The notes under the pieces were generated by a model. The model did no database searches. It worked only from the letters and a program-made list of their open reading frames with translations, and was not told the DNA's origin. A DNA stretch of 64,000 bases, taken from the NCBI GenBank assembly GCA_964619725.1, contig CAZUFC010000011.1, forward strand, positions 1 to 64,000. The letters are read 5' to 3'. Source of the DNA: an uncultured bacterium. GTDB lineage: Bacteria > CSSED10-310 > CAZUFC01. Positions within the stretch are counted from its first letter, which is position 1, and each line of letters begins with the position of its first letter. This document shows positions 58,323-64,000 of this stretch, piece by piece. Both the position numbers and the translations under genes were made by a program.

Positions 58323-59303
58323 ATGAACAATATGAAATCTTATCCTTTAATGATATTTTTCCTGGCGTGCTTGTTTCAAAGCTCTTCCACCTACGCCTGG
58401 CATTCGGTCGAAGGCGTTGTGTCCGATCTGACCGGCAAAAAACTTCCCGACGTCAAGGTTGAGCTGAGAACGACCAATCGAAGAACTATCGATACGACTT
58501 ACACAAGCGATTCCGGCCATTTTTATTTTTCTAAAGTTAATGTCGGAACCTACGAACTCTACATCAATGCAGACGGTTACAGAGAATTCAGCGAAAGGGT
58601 CGATTACCTCAGCAATACCCCGCAGAATTATTATGAGGATATTTCTCTCATACCCCTGGCATCAACGTTAGGAGATGCTTCGGGCGGCAAACTGGATGAA
58701 TTTTTTAATCCGCCGTCGGTTAAAATCAGGAAAAAAGCGTTAAAACTTTTCCGCAAGGCGATAACGCAAAAAGAACTGAAAAACAGGGACAAAGCAACGG
58801 AAATGTTGGAAAAAGCCATAAAGGAAGACCCTGATTTTGCCCGGGCTTACTCAGAATTGGCGGAATTGCAGTTAGAAATGGATCAACTGGATCAAGCGGA
58901 AAAGAATCTGACCAAGGCGCTTCAATTAAATGAATTTGACCCTCATCCGTTGGTTCGACGGGCCTGGCTCCAGCATGAAAAAAACATGTGGGCTGAAGCC
59001 GAAGAAACGCTTATGAAAGCCCTGAAACTGGACCCGGACCGGCCGGAAACCTTTACAGCGCTGGGCATAAACTACTTTAATCAGAAAAAATATTCAAAAG
59101 CGATTGAAAACCTGGAGAACGCCCTTTCTCTCAATCCCTTCGGCAATCACAAGGCAGTCATATATCTTGGAAGGATATTTGAGATGAGAAAAGATTACCG
59201 TTCAGCGCGCCGAACCTACAAAAATTTTATCGACAAGAATCCCACGGATGAGAATCTGGAAGAGATACAGGAACTTTTAACCGAAGTGAAAAATAAGATA
59301 TAA
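58323..59303 (+). CDS. Exported carboxypeptidase-regulatory-like beta-sandwich + TPR protein
   Basis: GVVSD.TG..LP.V.V, TSDSG.F.F..V..G.Y; TPRs. Confidence 0.85.
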   Translation: MNNMKSYPLMIFFLACLFQSSSTYAWHSVEGVVSDLTGKKLPDVKVELRTTNRRTIDTTYTSDSGHFYFSKVNVGTYELYINADGYREFSERVDYLSNTPQNYYEDISLIPLASTLGDASGGKLDEFFNPPSVKIRKKALKLFRKAITQKELKNRDKATEMLEKAIKEDPDFARAYSELAELQLEMDQLDQAEKNLTKALQLNEFDPHPLVRRAWLQHEKNMWAEAEETLMKALKLDPDRPETFTALGINYFNQKKYSKAIENLENALSLNPFGNHKAVIYLGRIFEMRKDYRSARRTYKNFIDKNPTDENLEEIQELLTEVKNKI

Positions 59304-59372
59304 GCTGAAACAGTCTGTAAAATCATTCAACGGACAGAATATATCGCCTTAAAAATTCTGTAATTTATACTT

Positions 59373-60167
59373 CTAAATTTTAACGCCCTGCAGTTCTTCT
59401 CCGATCATGACCGGACCTGAATAATATTTCGTCGCTTCTTCCAGGAAATGCGCCATTTCATTCTCGTTTTTCCTGTAAAAATGGACCAGCAACAATCTTT
59501 TCACTCCAATCGATTCGGCTAATCGGGCAGCCTGTCCGGCCGTCGAATGGTTCGTCAATGCCGCAAAATCTGATTCATCATCAAGAAAGGAAGATTCATG
59601 AATCAGAATATCCGCATCTTTTGCTGCCTGTGAAAGCAACTTACTGGGAGCGGTATCGGAAGAGTAGACCAGAGTCTTTTTTGAACCTTTGAATTTTACT
59701 CTGAAACCGAACGCCGGCATTCCATGACTTACGGGGAACGATTCGATTTTTACTCTGTCGCTTTCAGAAATCTTGGAAATTTTCCCGGGCTCATATTCTC
59801 TTATCTGATAGGGAAAATATTCGCTTTTATCGAAAAGTTGAAATACCTGGAACAAATCTTTGAGTCTGCCTGCTTCGCCCGAAGGACAACCGACAAGCAA
59901 CTCATCTTCTCTTTGATGCAATCGCATATTATGAATCAAAGAGGGTAATCCGTAGAAATGATCGGGATGAAAATGAGAAATAAAAACAGTCGACAAAGAA
60001 AACCAGGGGAAATCAGCCTTTTCTGCTTTGGTCACAGGCGATCCGGCGCAATCAATCATGAAACTCTCTTCGCCGCTTGTTATTCCCAGAAAAGTGTTGT
60101 CCCTCTCTTTGTAGGATTTGGCGCCGGACGTTCCCAAAAGAAAAACTTCATCCTGGTTTGTTCTCAT
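59373..60167 (-). CDS. RNase Z-like metallo-beta-lactamase fold hydrolase
   Basis: LGTSG, IDC, HFHPDH, YSSDT, HES, HST, LVHF. Confidence 0.85.
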   Translation of the reverse strand: MRTNQDEVFLLGTSGAKSYKERDNTFLGITSGEESFMIDCAGSPVTKAEKADFPWFSLSTVFISHFHPDHFYGLPSLIHNMRLHQREDELLVGCPSGEAGRLKDLFQVFQLFDKSEYFPYQIREYEPGKISKISESDRVKIESFPVSHGMPAFGFRVKFKGSKKTLVYSSDTAPSKLLSQAAKDADILIHESSFLDDESDFAALTNHSTAGQAARLAESIGVKRLLLVHFYRKNENEMAHFLEEATKYYSGPVMIGEELQGVKI

Positions 60168-60271
60168 AACCTGATTGTCCTTTCACTCTGTGAGGAAACA
60201 GAAGCATCAAAATCTTCTCTAATTTAAATATTCGATTTTGAACTGTCAAATACTCATGGATAAGCCTTGAT

Positions 60272-62524
60272 TTAACGCGGTCGAATGAACTTCATGCCGG
60301 ATTTTTCAAGAGCGATGCCGGAGACGACGAAACGCGCCGGCGAATTCAATAAACTTCGTATTTTCACGTAATCGACCTTTGCGGGTTTTATAAATTTAAA
60401 ATTACAAAAAAATGCAGCCGTGGGATTTTTTCCGCAGGGGTCTTCCTCAAACCGGCATACCACGGGATTCTTCAGGGAGTGTTCAACCTTTTCAGGAGCC
60501 CACAATCTTTCAGCCGTTTCTTTACCTGCTCTAATCAGGAATCTTTTCGGAGAATCGCCCAGGCCGTGAATTTCAATTTCGGCCGCAGGCTCATCCTGTT
60601 TCACGTTTTCGGCATGTTCAAGCCAAGTGACGAATTCAACAGCGCTGTAAAGTTCGTTCGAGTCTACGGCAACAGTGAGCCATCCGTCCGAATCGACAGG
60701 AATGAATTCCTGGTTATCCATCAACTCCGCCTCCGCCAACAGTCTGTCCCTTTCGTACTGCGGCTCCTTTCTGACGTATCGCACTTCTGAATTGAAAACC
60801 AGTTCACCTCGCTGTCCACTGTAAGGTCCATTTTTATTGATATGAATCTCGTGAAGCGGTTTAGTCTTGAAATCACTCGTTAAAATAATTGCGTCAAGCT
60901 TCCGTATATCCGCAGCGCAATGATAAAGCCAGATATCAATGGATAGAGCCAACAGGACTGACAAAGCAAGAACATGATTTTTTCTTTTCCGGTCAAATCG
61001 CCCCGTTCGTCTGCAGGCGCTTCCCGCAGCCAGAAAGGTTAATCCGAGCAATACGACGATCCCTGCGATCAAAAGCGCCGTTTTTATCAAAAAGCATTTC
61101 GCGCTTGAGGAAAAAATTGAAATAAACAAACTGGATGATACAAGTTCAATCAATAATCCCGGCGCCTGGGTGAATTGTCTCGCCGGCCAGACCCAGGCAG
61201 GCATTCCAAAATAAGGAGCGCCGTATTCCGATAAAAAATATTGCGCCATCAGAAGAAAATTCCACGGAATGAGAGCCGCGCTTATGAATAAAAGCATACG
61301 CCTGAGCAACCGGGCGCGGCGCAAACTCCACAGGACGGCGGCAAATCCTCCGGCAAAAGCAGGCAGACATTCGCTGAATCTTCTCATGCCGTATCCCACG
61401 CCGGCCCAGTCATGCATAATAGAGTTCATGTATAAATATGAAAGAAACAGTCCTGTTAATCCCCAGCCGGTTCTTTTATCGTGATGCCTTATGATCAGAG
61501 GTAACCCGCATGCCGCAATCAACAGTATGGGGTTAACCGTGAATAACCCTTTTAATCCGTTGAAAAGAATCAGAAACGGATGAGGATTTAACCAGTGAAG
61601 TCCCTGACGGCCCAAAGGATTCGCTATCCATTCGCCGAAAATGGTTCTGAAGGTCATGAACTGGGGGGAGGCTGCAAGCAGACAAAATACTGCGCCGGTA
61701 ATGCCGCATTTTACTCGATGAACAGCTTTTTCCCTCTCTCCGTCTAAGATTTCTCTTGCTATGGCAATTATGAAATCAACCAATGGAATCAACAGAACAA
61801 CAGCGCTTTGCAACCTCGTGACGATCATTAGACCGGAAACCGCTCCCAGGAGCGAATAGTTTATTAAATCCGGCTCTTCCCGGAACTTGTCTCTCATCCA
61901 TATCCTGAAAAACAGAACAGTGCATAACAGACTCAAACAATGGGGAAACGCTGGAGTGATGAAAACAATCGCCGGGACCATGGAGCCGAGGAAAACTAGA
62001 CCTACGGATGCTGTTCGCTCCTTTTCCGAAGCAATCTTTACAAGCATTCCGGGCAGCAGGATAATCGCCAGAAAACAATATATTACAGATGAAAAACAGG
62101 CCGAAAACCGGTAAATGACCCCGTAACCGTCAGACAAGGGAACGCCTGTCATACGGCTCTTTAATGAATCGGCGAAACGCACCGCAATATAAAAAGGCGC
62201 CCAGCTCATGGCCGGTCCGACGGAAAATGCATTGACTTCATACCCCTGGACGGCTTCTGTGCCAGGCCTCGGTTTCCATATCACCGGGATATAACGATAA
62301 GTGTGATGCTCGCGCTCATTCCAGAAATTTAAATCGCCGTCGCATACACCAGAACGCAGATACTCATAATAGTACGCCCCGTCTGAATTGAGCCTCGGTG
62401 CAAATAACAAAAGCAACGGAACCGTAAAAATTAAAAATAATGCAAACGCGGAACTTTTGGACAACAGCCTGTCCGATCTGATGGATTTGCTTTCGTCGCT
62501 CTCTGTCAATGAAATTTCCTCCAT
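60272..62524 (-). CDS. Polytopic GT-C-like glycosyltransferase with extracytoplasmic C-terminal domain
   Basis: SDGAYYYEYLRS...DGDLNF.NE loop, many TM segments, GYGMRRF. Confidence 0.65.
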   Translation of the reverse strand: MEEISLTESDESKSIRSDRLLSKSSAFALFLIFTVPLLLLFAPRLNSDGAYYYEYLRSGVCDGDLNFWNEREHHTYRYIPVIWKPRPGTEAVQGYEVNAFSVGPAMSWAPFYIAVRFADSLKSRMTGVPLSDGYGVIYRFSACFSSVIYCFLAIILLPGMLVKIASEKERTASVGLVFLGSMVPAIVFITPAFPHCLSLLCTVLFFRIWMRDKFREEPDLINYSLLGAVSGLMIVTRLQSAVVLLIPLVDFIIAIAREILDGEREKAVHRVKCGITGAVFCLLAASPQFMTFRTIFGEWIANPLGRQGLHWLNPHPFLILFNGLKGLFTVNPILLIAACGLPLIIRHHDKRTGWGLTGLFLSYLYMNSIMHDWAGVGYGMRRFSECLPAFAGGFAAVLWSLRRARLLRRMLLFISAALIPWNFLLMAQYFLSEYGAPYFGMPAWVWPARQFTQAPGLLIELVSSSLFISIFSSSAKCFLIKTALLIAGIVVLLGLTFLAAGSACRRTGRFDRKRKNHVLALSVLLALSIDIWLYHCAADIRKLDAIILTSDFKTKPLHEIHINKNGPYSGQRGELVFNSEVRYVRKEPQYERDRLLAEAELMDNQEFIPVDSDGWLTVAVDSNELYSAVEFVTWLEHAENVKQDEPAAEIEIHGLGDSPKRFLIRAGKETAERLWAPEKVEHSLKNPVVCRFEEDPCGKNPTAAFFCNFKFIKPAKVDYVKIRSLLNSPARFVVSGIALEKSGMKFIRPR

Positions 62525-62650
62525 CCGCCGGAATATTATAAAGAATTATACTTTTCGTCCATATAATTCCGAAAAGTGATGCAGAAATCGAAACTGACGA
62601 TAAATGTATTTTTTTTTGAACTTTTTCACGAATAATATGTTCAAAAGGAA

Positions 62651-62688
62651 AAGCGGCTTTTGACATTTTAAGCCGCTTGACTTATACT
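62651..62688 (+). promoter_or_regulatory. Near-consensus sigma70 promoter with an inverted repeat around the -35 box
   Basis: TTGACA(62660)-17 bp-TATACT(62683); AAGCGGCTT / AAGCCGCTT flank the -35. Confidence 0.6.
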
Positions 62689-62719
62689 TTTTATAGTATG
62701 CTCGGAAAGGAGTGATAAA

Positions 62720-63766
62720 ATGAAAAATAAAATCAATCTTTTGATCGTTTTAATAAGCCTTGTGGTGATTTCAACCGCAACCGCTGCAGACAAAATATCC
62801 GTTCTGCACATCAGTGCATTCGGGTCAGGCGAATTGCAGTATATCATCGACAAGGCAAAGACCAAGGACCTTTTTCAGGTAGATGAAGTCTTATTGGACG
62901 ACGGATTGCCGGAGAACTGGTTTTCTTACGACGTATTGGTTTTCGGACTGTCCGACTGCTATGAAACGTCCGTCGGCAAGGAAGCGCCCGACATCCCGGA
63001 ATTGAAGCTCTATGTGCAGTCCGGGGGCGGCATAGTGTGGACTCATGACACGCTGGAATATGGCCGCAGTTGGGGAAACGACGTGGAAATACCTGCTGGA
63101 GTGGCGGAGAAGAAAGCGGAAAGAATCGGCATGCATAACGGCAAAATCCGCATAGCCAAAGACCATGAAATTCTTTACAACGTGTTCGATATGGGCCTGC
63201 CCGGAGATGTCCTTCAGACAACTCAGTTCAAAGGAGGCTATTCTCATTCCGGACAGGGGGTAGTCACCACCGCCGATATAATCATCGAACATAAAGAGAA
63301 TCCCGCTCCGAATAATTTTTATCTGACAGTCAACAAATACGGAAGCGGTCGAGTGGTCGTGAATGAAATCGGTCATTCGGTCATAGGTTCCGGCGGCGCT
63401 TTCAATCCGGAAATCAACGACGTCGAATGCAAACTGCTGGTCAACTCCATCTGGTGGGCCGGTCATGGAAAAACAGGCAATTCGATTTTTATTCCCCGTG
63501 AACCTTATACTCTGGTTCCTGATGAAACAAAAATCATCCCTGTAAAAGGCAGGGCGGTAAGCTGGAAGAGTCTCAATCCCAAGATAGCGACAGTCGACAA
63601 TTACGGGCGCGTCAGAGCCAGAAAAACCGGGTTCGCCACCATAGTGGTCACCGACGAAAATGGTACGCAAGATTCGATTTCGGTCTTCGTCAATAAAAAA
63701 AGATTAAATCCGTTAAATCGAACTTTCGGCGCATTAAAACTGCCTGTCAAGGCTGCTAAACACTGA
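62720..63766 (+). CDS. Exported GATase-like (ThuA-like) domain + Big_2 Ig domain protein
   Basis: YDVLVF, YVQSGGGIVWTHD, YGSGRVV..IGH, LLVNSIWWA; WKSLNPKIATVDNYG.V. Confidence 0.72.
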   Translation: MKNKINLLIVLISLVVISTATAADKISVLHISAFGSGELQYIIDKAKTKDLFQVDEVLLDDGLPENWFSYDVLVFGLSDCYETSVGKEAPDIPELKLYVQSGGGIVWTHDTLEYGRSWGNDVEIPAGVAEKKAERIGMHNGKIRIAKDHEILYNVFDMGLPGDVLQTTQFKGGYSHSGQGVVTTADIIIEHKENPAPNNFYLTVNKYGSGRVVVNEIGHSVIGSGGAFNPEINDVECKLLVNSIWWAGHGKTGNSIFIPREPYTLVPDETKIIPVKGRAVSWKSLNPKIATVDNYGRVRARKTGFATIVVTDENGTQDSISVFVNKKRLNPLNRTFGALKLPVKAAKH

Positions 63767-63792
63767 ATCAGTATATAATATAAGCAAAAGAC

Positions 63793-63824
63793 AAAAACGC
63801 ATTCCCGATCGGGAATGCGTTTTT
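63793..63824. terminator. Perfect 32-bp palindromic terminator
   Basis: AAAAACGCATTCCCGATCGGGAATGCGTTTTT. Confidence 0.85.
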
Positions 63825-64000
63825 ATTTTTATAGAACGTAAAATTCTCCGCAACGAAAAACGAGACAGGCATCTCAGAACTCCTGTCACGTGGAGCTGCA
63901 CATAACGAGAAATCAGAAATATATCCCTCTTCTCCTTTTGCGGACAGACGTGATCTTGCGGATAATAATTCTACGGAAATAGTATAATCATCATTTTCAG

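Noticed and set aside
5210-60167. Window-wide protein/translation quality-control supercluster (clpSA, dtd, rqcH, RNase Z-like)
   Set aside because: The genes are tens of kb apart and interleaved with unrelated loci; no evidence of co-regulation

Overview
Chromosomal window from a probably anaerobic, Gram-negative-type bacterium, inferred from PPDK, a single-cluster ferredoxin, a periplasmic octaheme cytochrome and T2SS pseudopilins; taxonomy cannot be set from sequence alone. Housekeeping genes (clpSA, xylB, aspartokinase, ppdK plus its regulator, xseAB, rqcH, moxR, RNase Z-like) alternate with accessory modules and at least two families of dispersed MITE-like repeats. The best candidate for an undescribed system is an apparent operon of a cereblon/CULT-domain gene with intact tri-Trp imide pocket, clpS and clpA (8335->5210), which suggests a bacterial cyclic-imide (C-degron) reader coupled to ClpAP. 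Other highlights: an AT-rich toxin-antitoxin-SecB-like chaperone (TAC) triad whose antitoxin ends in an ssrA-like LAA tail; an ABC-ATPase + DUF4276/TOPRIM-like pair whose second gene is split by a frameshift in an A8 tract; a DTD homologue lacking the Gly-cisPro motif; three large surface proteins sharing an IPTL-CTERM-like sorting tail; and a CHC2 primase pseudogene mostly missed by the ORF track. No tRNA, rRNA or CRISPR array was recognised. All family calls come from motif recognition by eye, not from database searches.
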